Source: an uncultured Bdellovibrionales bacterium (GTDB taxonomy: Bacteria; Patescibacteriota; Minisyncoccia; Moranbacterales; UBA1568). Taken from it: a stretch of DNA of 56,579 bases. Positions within the stretch are counted from its first letter, which is position 1. The number at the start of each line of letters is the position of its first letter. The position numbers were made by a program, and so were the translations under genes. This document shows positions 8,168-15,995 of this stretch, in pieces. Below the pieces are notes generated by a model. It saw nothing but the letters and a program-made list of their open reading frames with translations. It was not told the origin of the DNA and made no database searches. The stretch covers positions 73,104 through 129,682 of the forward strand of contig CAZATJ010000001.1 in assembly GCA_964488025.1 (NCBI GenBank), given 5' to 3'.

Positions 8168-9580
8168 CTAACGAGCCAGGGCATTGATCCGACTGGCAGC
8201 CGTATCAAAGCCGCTCCGCCAAGATTTTTCTCCCCGCACGATACTGTCAATAGTATCGATGAGAATACCATCCATAGCATCCGAGTCACCCTGGTACCAG
8301 TTCTTGGCAATCAGGTTTCCGTTGGCAAAAGCCGAAAAAATTAAGTCATCTTGCTGTTCCGCCACCAAGTCTCGGCGGGCAGCTGGCTTATGAGTTGCTT
8401 CCAAATATTCTTTGGTCGGATCGATATTAAGAGGAAATTCCTGACTCATTTTGGAAATACCATTCACCAGACTCATCTTCTTATCCTTCCCGACAAATGC
8501 GAGGAATTTCAGAAACTGCCAAGCCTCGAAAGCACGGAGTTCATTCTGCTTTTCAGGGCTCAACACCACCGCGTTCTTAGCGGGGGGGGAAGAATCCGGA
8601 AGAGATGGTTTATTTTTTGCCACTACATAGCCCCAATAATTGGCAAGGTTCACCGGTGCCGCCGCATCAAATTGCGGCAAAGGCGCCACGCCGATATTCA
8701 GCTTGGCATTCTTTTGCTTGATGGCATCATACTGCCAGGAATAATTGACCATCATAGCAAGATTCCCCTTGTAAAAAGCATCAATGGAATAGTCTTGACG
8801 GGCATTCCAAGAGTACACGTCTGAGCCGACCCGTGAAAACTTCGTGTAAAAATCAAAAGCCTTTTCACTCTTCTCATCAAAAAAACTTACCGGGTCTTTC
8901 GCTCCCTGTCCACCAATGGAAGCTCCGAGTTGCAGCATAAGCGTAATCAGGATATCAGAAGAACGATTGATATTAGCACCAGTGCCGAGGGCAATACCGG
9001 AACGCGTGATGGTACCGAATTGATCAATACTGTTGAGCGTACGCGCTGCCATCGCCACTTCATCCCACGTCTCCGGAGGCTTGGTAATCCCGGCCGCGTT
9101 AAAAAGATCCTTGTTGTAATACAGAGCAAGCGAGTCAACCGAAAGCGGAACGCCATAGATTTCATTTCCGGTTCCGATAAAATCAGTCGCCGCTACATCA
9201 ACCAGTCTGTTACGGTATTCCCGTTCATTGATGAGGATATCTGGGGCCGGGGCCGTCTTGTCCTCAAATACTCCCCGCCAAGAATTTCGAATCATGAAAA
9301 TATCCGGACCCTTTCCCGCTGCCAGAGCATTGATAAGGTCTTCCTTGTATGTCTCAACGGGCAATTTCCGATAGGTGATATTTTTCACGTTCGGATTTAT
9401 CTTCTTATAGGCGAGAATGGCTTTGCTGTAGGCATCAGTATCATCAAAAACCCCCCAAATTTCAAGAGAGATACTGTAGGGCTGAGGCTTAGCGTCCTTT
9501 AAACCGCAACCGGACAAAGAAAATGTCCCAGCAAGAAGAAAACAGGAAAGCAGCATTTTTTTTACCAAAGAATCTCTCAT
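8168..9580 (-). CDS. Extracellular solute-binding lipoprotein (family 1, sugar-type)
   Basis: Lipobox LSGC, GPDIF, LYYNKDLF..AGI..PP.TWDE, F..G..AM motifs; no permease adjacent; start placed at ATG 9580. Confidence 0.85.
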   Translation of the reverse strand: MRDSLVKKMLLSCFLLAGTFSLSGCGLKDAKPQPYSISLEIWGVFDDTDAYSKAILAYKKINPNVKNITYRKLPVETYKEDLINALAAGKGPDIFMIRNSWRGVFEDKTAPAPDILINEREYRNRLVDVAATDFIGTGNEIYGVPLSVDSLALYYNKDLFNAAGITKPPETWDEVAMAARTLNSIDQFGTITRSGIALGTGANINRSSDILITLMLQLGASIGGQGAKDPVSFFDEKSEKAFDFYTKFSRVGSDVYSWNARQDYSIDAFYKGNLAMMVNYSWQYDAIKQKNAKLNIGVAPLPQFDAAAPVNLANYWGYVVAKNKPSLPDSSPPAKNAVVLSPEKQNELRAFEAWQFLKFLAFVGKDKKMSLVNGISKMSQEFPLNIDPTKEYLEATHKPAARRDLVAEQQDDLIFSAFANGNLIAKNWYQGDSDAMDGILIDTIDSIVRGEKSWRSGFDTAASRINALAR

Positions 9581-9584
9581 AAAG

Positions 9585-10133
9585 CTATTTTTTAACGACA
9601 AAGGCGTAGTGAAAACCCCCGACACTGAGTTCCGTTTCAACGGACAAGTTGACTGCCGCGATAAGTTTCTTCAATTCTTCAGGCTGTATCCGCAGCCGTT
9701 TCTCCGGACCGACCAATGACTCATCCGGGTTCCATTCCATAATGAGCACCCGCCCGCCAGGCTTGAGCACCCGCACCACCTCACGTAACATGATATCTTT
9801 TTTCTGATTCTGAAGTAAAACATCCTTAAGTACCACCCAATCCATACTTTCAGGTGCCAGTCCTGATCCCTGTTCATTCTCAAGATTGACTCGCTTGGTA
9901 GAAATATTACCTAAACCAAGCATCTTGGCGCGACTGGCGACCGCTTCTAACGCTGAAGGCAAGACATCAAGTGCATACACCATCCCCCCTTCGGTTCCGA
10001 CTCGCTTGGAAAATTCAAAAGAAAAATATCCGGAACCGCATCCAAAATCAGCAACCTGGCTTCCGGATTCGATAGCCAGCTGACTCACAACCGATTTCGG
10101 ATCAACAAAACTGAGATTTTGGGAAGCAGTCAT
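9585..10133 (-). CDS. Class I SAM-dependent methyltransferase
   Basis: VADFGCGSG motif I, YALDV, RVLKPGGRVLIMEW. Confidence 0.88.
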   Translation of the reverse strand: MTASQNLSFVDPKSVVSQLAIESGSQVADFGCGSGYFSFEFSKRVGTEGGMVYALDVLPSALEAVASRAKMLGLGNISTKRVNLENEQGSGLAPESMDWVVLKDVLLQNQKKDIMLREVVRVLKPGGRVLIMEWNPDESLVGPEKRLRIQPEELKKLIAAVNLSVETELSVGGFHYAFVVKK

Positions 10134-10148
10134 AGATTGTGACGGTCT

Positions 10149-10237
10149 TTATTACTAAACGAAGTGAGCGAAACGAAAGCAAACTTTTGTTTCTATCTGC
10201 CAGCTGGCGGAGAATGCGAGTAAAATCAAGTGAATAC
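10149..10237 (+). repeat. Right copy of the inverted repeat pair (partner 7972-8046)
   Basis: TTATTACTAAACGAAGTGAGCGAAACGAAAG-CAAA-CTTTTGTTTC...GTGAATAC. Confidence 0.8.
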
Positions 10238-10315
10238 TTATTATTTTTTCGAATATTCCCATTATACAACAAAAACCCTTGATTTGAAAACCATTTTCCT
10301 GTACAACAGAACAAT

Positions 10316-10402
10316 GGAAGCGTGCCAGAGAGGTTGAATGGACCGCACTCGAAATGCGGCATACGGGTAACCGTATCGGAGGTTCGAATCCTCCCGCTTC
10401 CG
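10316..10402 (+). tRNA. tRNA-Ser(CGA)
   Basis: GGAAGCG/CGCTTCC acceptor stem, CCGCA-CTCGAAA-TGCGG anticodon arm, long variable arm, GGTTCGAATCC T-arm; CCA not encoded. Confidence 0.96.
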
Positions 10403-10415
10403 CAGTGAACAAAGT

Positions 10416-10446
10416 AAAAACCACCTATTCTTAATAGGTGGTTTTT
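10416..10446. terminator. Bidirectional terminator
   Basis: AAAAACCACCTATT-CTT-AATAGGTGGTTTTT. Confidence 0.8.
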
Positions 10447-10465
10447 CGACGAAGGATTTCTAATC

Positions 10466-11092
10466 CTAATATTGGGTCGGTATGCCGCTTGGCATGCCTG
10501 CGGGCAATTTGTCTTTATACTGTTCCATCATCTTCAGGCTTTCTTTCATCATGGCGCATTGATCAATAAAGACGACGTCTGTCGGCACGGAAAAATCTGC
10601 TCCTGCAGCCGCGACACAGCTCACATTATTGGCAGCATCGAAGGTCTGAGAATAATCTTCAATTTTCGGTGTTCCACCTGTCCCTCCCTGCACATCAGGC
10701 AAGGATCCTTTCAATTCATCCAGGCAAACCTTACTCATTTTGGTTCCCTGCTTGGTGTCACCCATCCAGGTGTACTGCATATCGCCATCGAAGAGCGCAT
10801 GCACTTTCGTACCATTTACTTCCGATTCCGACTTAAATTTCTGACCACTCACAAAAACAGAAGAGGTGACGCTCTCTCCGGCCTCACCAGCTACATAGGT
10901 GCAACGCATTGCTTGTCCGAGACCCATGGCATCTTTGATAGACCCAATGACCGAGGGTGACTGTTCTTCTGCCGTTTTCACTCCCTGTCCGGCATTTTCA
11001 GACCGTGAAACATCAGTTTTCTGAGACAGAAAAAACCATCCCCCTCCACCAAGAACCAGCACCAGAATAACCGCTCCCAATATCCCTTTCAT
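10466..11092 (-). CDS. Signal-anchored hypothetical protein
   Basis: N-terminal TM helix, soluble domain with four Cys; no family assigned with confidence. Confidence 0.75.
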   Translation of the reverse strand: MKGILGAVILVLVLGGGGWFFLSQKTDVSRSENAGQGVKTAEEQSPSVIGSIKDAMGLGQAMRCTYVAGEAGESVTSSVFVSGQKFKSESEVNGTKVHALFDGDMQYTWMGDTKQGTKMSKVCLDELKGSLPDVQGGTGGTPKIEDYSQTFDAANNVSCVAAAGADFSVPTDVVFIDQCAMMKESLKMMEQYKDKLPAGMPSGIPTQY

Positions 11093-11280
11093 AGGATTGT
11101 GTCTTAAAAAATAACTCTTTTCCCTCCAATCATACCACTTTTTGATGCTCTTTCGAAGCCCGTCAGCAGTACCACGGTTCGAAAAAGAACACCTCAGTAA
11201 TCAGAACTATACCGGAACAATGGCTTTACAATGAGCCAAAAACGTGATATCGTGACGAACAAAGACCTGTACAAACACCC

Positions 11281-11802
11281 ATGTCCGCTTTTTTTGAAGG
11301 ATTTTCTCCCACTCTTATACGGAACGTCATGGTTTTCCTCGTGGCAGGCTGGTTTGTTTTAGCGGGTCTCGTAATTTTTCTTCTGGTTCGGGTGCACCGG
11401 ATACGAGTAAAAATGGACATTTTCTTTTCCGGAAAAAAGGCTCAGAATCTCGAAAAAGTTCTTCTCGACCAATTAGCAGAAACCCGTGAGCTTGACCAGG
11501 AAATACAGGAACTTTTCGAGATCTCCAACCAGCTTCGCGAACTGTGTCTGAAAAGCCTCCACAAGACAAATGTCGTCCGTTTCAATCCTTTCAAGGAAGT
11601 TGGTGGCAACCAAAGCTTCAGCCTCGTTCTGCTTGATGGGAAAAATTCCGGCGTTGTCCTCTCATCGCTCCACACTCGCGAAGGAACAAGAGTGTACGCG
11701 AAGCCAGTTCTTTCAGGGGATGCCAGCGGATTTCCTTTGACCGATGAGGAGAAACTCGCTATCGAGCAGGCTATCAGCGGTAAATCGGTTCCCCAAGTAT
11801 AA
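11281..11802 (+). CDS. DUF4446 family protein
   Basis: N-terminal TM helix, coiled coil, VVRFNPF.EVGGNQSFS..LLD...SGVVLSSLH.REGTRVYAKP. Confidence 0.85.
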   Translation: MSAFFEGFSPTLIRNVMVFLVAGWFVLAGLVIFLLVRVHRIRVKMDIFFSGKKAQNLEKVLLDQLAETRELDQEIQELFEISNQLRELCLKSLHKTNVVRFNPFKEVGGNQSFSLVLLDGKNSGVVLSSLHTREGTRVYAKPVLSGDASGFPLTDEEKLAIEQAISGKSVPQV

Positions 11803-11841
11803 TCCCTCTTATTTTTTTCTCTCACTTTTTTTAGAAACGAT

Positions 11842-13635
11842 ATGACTCAAGACATGACCCCAGAGACAACTCCGCCAGCCGTTCAAAGCATTAGTCTACC
11901 CCCTTCTGTCACTGTCAAAAAATTGGCGGAATTGTTGCAACTTCCCGTAGCGGCCGTCATCACTGAACTGATGAAAAATGGCATTCTCGCTACCATCAAT
12001 GAAGAAATCGATTATGATACCGGGAGTATCATCGCGGCAGAGCTCGGATTCGAAACCAAGCCAGCACTTGAAGAGGTGCTCGAAGGAAGTCTGACACTCG
12101 AGGGCTTGAACAAGCTTTTGGCGGAAGAAAAAAATTCTGGAAAAAACCTTTCTCCCCGGGCGCCGATAGTCACGATTCTTGGTCACGTCGACCACGGAAA
12201 AACAACGCTCCTCGATACTATCCGCAAAGCGAGCGTTGCTCTCGGTGAAGCGGGTGGCATTACCCAACATATCAGCGCTTACCAAGCTAAGAAACACAAG
12301 GAGCTCATCACTTTTATCGACACTCCGGGACACGAAGCTTTTGCCGCCATGCGTAAGCGCGGCCTCTCCATCGCCGATATCGCCATCTTGGTCGTTGCGG
12401 CCGATGACGGCGTCCGCCCCCAGACCAAGGAAGTGATCGAATACCTGAAAGAACATAAGCTGCCCGTCATTGTCGCCATCAATAAAATAGACAAACCGGA
12501 AGCGAAACCGGAACGAGTGAAACAGGAACTAGCCGAACATGGCGTCCTCTTTGAAGAGTGGGGTGGTGATACCATGTGCGTCGAAATCAGCGCCAAAAGC
12601 AACATCAACATCGACAAGCTCCTCGACAGCATCCTTTTGGTTGCTGAAGTTGAGGATTTTCGTGCCGACCAGAAAAGAGATGGCTTGGCCGTGATTCTTG
12701 AATCACACCTTGATCCCCAAAAGGGTCCCGTGGCTACTGCCTTGGTACGAACCGGTACGCTTAAGGTCGGACAAGATATCGTCGCCGGTGGATCTTTCGG
12801 GCGCATTCGCCGTATCGAAGATTTCTCCGGAAAGAATCTCCAGAGCGCCGGTCCGTCGGTGCCAGCGACGATTTATGGCTTTAATAACACCCCCCAAACC
12901 AACGATGTCGTACAAGTCGTCAGTGGAAAAGGACAGGCAAGACTCCGCTCCAAAGAGGCTCTTCTTAAGGACGCAACCAAAAGCAAACTAGGGAAAATCC
13001 AGAGCGAGGAAGAGAAGGAAATAAAAAAACTCTCTGTCGTACTCAAGGCCGATGTCCAAGGCTCGCTCGAGGCGATAGAACAGATTCTTGCCACCCTCCA
13101 CTCCGATGAGGTAATGCTGGAAATGATTGACTCGGGAGTCGGGAGCATTACTGAGTCCGATGTCCGTACCGCCGCAAATGCCGGGGCTCTCTTGGTCGGG
13201 TTCAACAGTGAACCAACGTCGGTTGCCAAGCGTCTCGCGGAAGGAAATAAAGTGGAGATTGTCACCTACAATATTATTTACAAGTTGGTTGACTCCCTAA
13301 AAGAACGGCTGACCGCGCTCCTGCCGCCGGAAATTGTCCGCACCGATTTTGGACGCCTTTCGGTACTCGCTATTTTCAAAACTGGCAAACGGGACATGAT
13401 TGTGGGTGGTCGTGTCAGCGAAGGAAAGATGGTTCGCGGATCACTCATTGAAATAAAGCGCGATGACGAAATTATTGGAAACGGAGAAATGCAAAACCTT
13501 CAGCAAAACAAACAGAACGCGGATGAGGTCGGACAAGGAAACGAATGTGGTGTCGTCTTCGAAGGAAACGTGAAGATTCAGACTGGTGATACTCTCATTT
13601 GCTACAAAGAAGAAGCGAAGAAACGGACATTATAA
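11842..13635 (+). CDS. infB: Translation initiation factor IF-2 (short N-terminus)
   Basis: [35 protein letters not shown]. Confidence 0.97.
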   Translation: MTQDMTPETTPPAVQSISLPPSVTVKKLAELLQLPVAAVITELMKNGILATINEEIDYDTGSIIAAELGFETKPALEEVLEGSLTLEGLNKLLAEEKNSGKNLSPRAPIVTILGHVDHGKTTLLDTIRKASVALGEAGGITQHISAYQAKKHKELITFIDTPGHEAFAAMRKRGLSIADIAILVVAADDGVRPQTKEVIEYLKEHKLPVIVAINKIDKPEAKPERVKQELAEHGVLFEEWGGDTMCVEISAKSNINIDKLLDSILLVAEVEDFRADQKRDGLAVILESHLDPQKGPVATALVRTGTLKVGQDIVAGGSFGRIRRIEDFSGKNLQSAGPSVPATIYGFNNTPQTNDVVQVVSGKGQARLRSKEALLKDATKSKLGKIQSEEEKEIKKLSVVLKADVQGSLEAIEQILATLHSDEVMLEMIDSGVGSITESDVRTAANAGALLVGFNSEPTSVAKRLAEGNKVEIVTYNIIYKLVDSLKERLTALLPPEIVRTDFGRLSVLAIFKTGKRDMIVGGRVSEGKMVRGSLIEIKRDDEIIGNGEMQNLQQNKQNADEVGQGNECGVVFEGNVKIQTGDTLICYKEEAKKRTL

Positions 13636-13647
13636 AGCCAAAAGTTC

Positions 13648-13754
13648 AAATTTCAAATACCAAATCAAATCCTCATTTTCAATGACTAAGGTTCGCTTCG
13701 TGAGTATTTTGTTTTAATCATTGATTTGATATTGATATTGGGATTTTGAAATTT
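13648..13754. repeat. AT-rich imperfect inverted repeat built from about 7-nt units
   Basis: AAATTTCAAATACCAAATCAAAT...CAATGACTAA versus TTAATCATTG...ATTGATTTGATATTGATATTGGGATTTTGAAATTT. Confidence 0.7.
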
Positions 13755-13761
13755 ATCTTCT

Positions 13762-15300
13762 ATGTTTCAAAAAATTCCCCTTCCAGTACGAAGCACGCTG
13801 AAAGCCCTCAATGAGGCCGGTTTTGAAGCGTACATTGTCGGAGGATGCGTCCGCGACCTTCTGCTTGATCGCACGCCAAAGGATTGGGACATTACTACCT
13901 CCGCTCTTCCGGAGAACATTCTCGCGCTCTTCCCTGACAGCTTCTATGAAAATGATTTCGGCACCGTCGGCGTAAAAGTCGAAAGTTTTACCACAAAACC
14001 TCTGCTCTCTTCCGAAGAGCCACCAGAACAGAACACTGAAAAAGAAGGAAGTGGGAAAGATATCATTGAGGTGACCACCTACCGGACCGAATCAGCATAC
14101 GAAGACAAGCGCCGTCCGAACAGCGTCATTTTCACCTCCTCGCTTTCGGAGGATCTGGCTCGACGGGATTTCACCATCAATGCCATGGCCTACGGCAAAG
14201 GAAGTACCAGCGACTGGGTTTTGATAGATCCATTTTCCGGAGAGAAGGATCTGAAACGCCGGATTATCCGCACTGTGGGCGATCCGAAAAATCGCTTTGA
14301 TGAAGATGCTTTGCGTCTCATGCGTGCTATCCGATTTTTGTCAGAGCTTCGTCGTCCGGAAGAGAAAAAAGAAACACAGAATTGGCAAGTCGAAGAAAAA
14401 ACACTGGAAGCGATAGTGGCACTTTCTGACAATCTCCGTCACGTCTCGCAGGAGCGCCTCCGTGATGAACTGACCAAGATTCTCCTCTCCAAAAACCCGG
14501 CCTTCGGTATCGACATGCTGCATCAAACAAATCTTCTCCGCTTCATCTTGCCGGAGCTTGAACTTGGCATCGGTGTCACCCAGAATTTGCACCATATCTA
14601 TACTGTCTGGGAACATAATCTCCGCGCCCTAGCCACCTGTCCATCGGAAAAACTCTCGGTGCGGCTAGCCTGCCTCCTCCACGATGTCGGCAAGCCCCAG
14701 ACCAAACGAGGCGTCGGTTATCATTCCACCTTTTACAATCATGATCATGTCGGTGCCCGCATTACCGAAAAAGCGCTCACCCGATTACGTTTTCCAAAAA
14801 CGGTTGTCAAACAAGCAACGCTCCTCGTCGATAATCACCTCTTCTACTACAATGTCGGAGAGGTCACCGAGGCATCCGTACGCCGTCTCATCCAACGGGT
14901 CGGCCTCCAGAACATGGGCGACTTGATGGCGGTACGCATCGGTGATAGACTGGGTTCTGGCGTTCCTAAGGGAAAAACCTACAAATTACGCCATCTGGAA
15001 TACATGATTGAAAAGGTCTCAAAAGATCCCCTTTCCGCCAAGATGCTCGCTATCAAAGGAAATGATCTCATGGAAACGCTCTCCCTTCCGGCCTCGCCAA
15101 AAATCGGGATGCTCTTGGATATCCTGCTCGCGGAAGTCATCGAGCATCCGGAAAAAAATACCCGGCAGATTCTTTTGGCACGAGCACAGGAACTCAAAGA
15201 CCATGATCTTCTCTCTCTGCGAAAACTCGCCCAAAAGAAAATCGTCGAGACAAAAAAAGAGGAGGAGGATCAGATTAAAAAACGTCACTGGGTGGAGTAA
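13762..15300 (+). CDS. cca: CCA-adding tRNA nucleotidyltransferase/poly(A) polymerase family with HD domain
   Basis: VGGCVRDLLL...KDWDI, RRDFTINAMA, EDALRLMRA, LLHDVGKP. Confidence 0.92.
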   Translation: MFQKIPLPVRSTLKALNEAGFEAYIVGGCVRDLLLDRTPKDWDITTSALPENILALFPDSFYENDFGTVGVKVESFTTKPLLSSEEPPEQNTEKEGSGKDIIEVTTYRTESAYEDKRRPNSVIFTSSLSEDLARRDFTINAMAYGKGSTSDWVLIDPFSGEKDLKRRIIRTVGDPKNRFDEDALRLMRAIRFLSELRRPEEKKETQNWQVEEKTLEAIVALSDNLRHVSQERLRDELTKILLSKNPAFGIDMLHQTNLLRFILPELELGIGVTQNLHHIYTVWEHNLRALATCPSEKLSVRLACLLHDVGKPQTKRGVGYHSTFYNHDHVGARITEKALTRLRFPKTVVKQATLLVDNHLFYYNVGEVTEASVRRLIQRVGLQNMGDLMAVRIGDRLGSGVPKGKTYKLRHLEYMIEKVSKDPLSAKMLAIKGNDLMETLSLPASPKIGMLLDILLAEVIEHPEKNTRQILLARAQELKDHDLLSLRKLAQKKIVETKKEEEDQIKKRHWVE

Positions 15301-15307
15301 TCAAATT

Positions 15308-15360
15308 CGGGGTGTGGTATAACGGTATTACGCACGATTCGGGTTCGTGTAATCCGGGTT
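15308..15360 (+). pseudogene. 3'-truncated tRNA-Pro(CGG) paralogue
   Basis: CGGGGTG acceptor 5' strand, D-arm and the same CACGA-TTCGGGT-TCGTG anticodon arm as the next gene; sequence breaks in the T-loop and has no local 3' acceptor strand. Confidence 0.8.
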
Positions 15361-15390
15361 TCCGCCCAAGGCGGACCAGCCTCGGGCTGG
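15361..15390. repeat. Double-hairpin REP-like element
   Basis: TCCGCC-CAA-GGCGGA directly followed by CCAGCC-TCG-GGCTGG. Confidence 0.8.
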
Positions 15391-15401
15391 CAGTTCAAAA
15401 A

Positions 15402-15472
15402 CGGGGTATAGTATAGTGGTAGTACGCACGATTCGGGTTCGTGTGGTTCCGGTTCGATTCCGGGTACCCCGA
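15402..15472 (+). tRNA. tRNA-Pro(CGG)
   Basis: CGGGGTA/TACCCCG acceptor stem, anticodon loop TTCGGGT, CCGGTTCGATTCCGG T-arm. Confidence 0.94.
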
Positions 15473-15503
15473 CTGAGCTCACGCTGAAGAAAAAACATGC
15501 ACT

Positions 15504-15818
15504 ATGAAAATTCTCATCAAAAGCATCCCGGAAAATCCAGCCTCGCTCATGCGTCGAGCAGGCTATGTCTTTCAGCGACAAGAAAATGCGGAGATGAGTT
15601 TTGTGCGCGTTTTTTCACAATCGGGATATCCGCGTTTTCATTGTTATACTCAGGTTTCCGGAACCGATCTCACCATCAATCTGCATCTTGATCAGAAAAA
15701 GCACACTTACGGAACGGGCTCGACGAGACATCATGGAGAATATGATGATAACGGCCCAGTCAAAGAGGAAACAGAAAGGCTCATCAAGCTTTTCGGTGAG
15801 CAAGCGAGTATTCTATAA
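15504..15818 (+). CDS. Small hypothetical protein
   Basis: Clean ATG-TAA ORF filling the gap between two tRNAs; GYPRFH...HLDQK...GEYD segment looks protein-like. Confidence 0.75.
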   Translation: MKILIKSIPENPASLMRRAGYVFQRQENAEMSFVRVFSQSGYPRFHCYTQVSGTDLTINLHLDQKKHTYGTGSTRHHGEYDDNGPVKEETERLIKLFGEQASIL

Positions 15819-15825
15819 AAATACA

Positions 15826-15911
15826 GCCGAGATGGTGGAACGGTAGACACACTAGCCTTAGGAGCTAGCGGGAGCAATCCCATGAGAGTTCGAGTCTCTC
15901 TCTCGGCACCA
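15826..15911 (+). tRNA. tRNA-Leu(TAG), CCA encoded
   Basis: GCCGAGA/TCTCGGC acceptor stem, CTAGC-CTTAGGA-GCTAG anticodon arm, long variable arm, ends ACCA. Confidence 0.96.
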
Positions 15912-15932
15912 TCGAACAGAAAAAATATCCGT

Positions 15933-15975
15933 AATAAAAGCCGCCTCGATTATTCCTTCCAAGGCGGCTGTTATT
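15933..15975. terminator. Terminator between tRNA-Leu and the convergent operon
   Basis: AATAAAAGCCGCCT / AGGCGGCTGTTATT. Confidence 0.72.
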
Positions 15976-15995
15976 TATTGAGGCGCAAAGAAAAT

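Noticed and set aside
15308-15360. att-site duplication from an integrated element
   Set aside because: It duplicates the 5' part rather than the 3' end, is diverged throughout, and no element lies between the copies
15285-15581. 98-aa minus-strand ORF
   Set aside because: Antisense reading of the tRNA-Pro copies and the hairpin element
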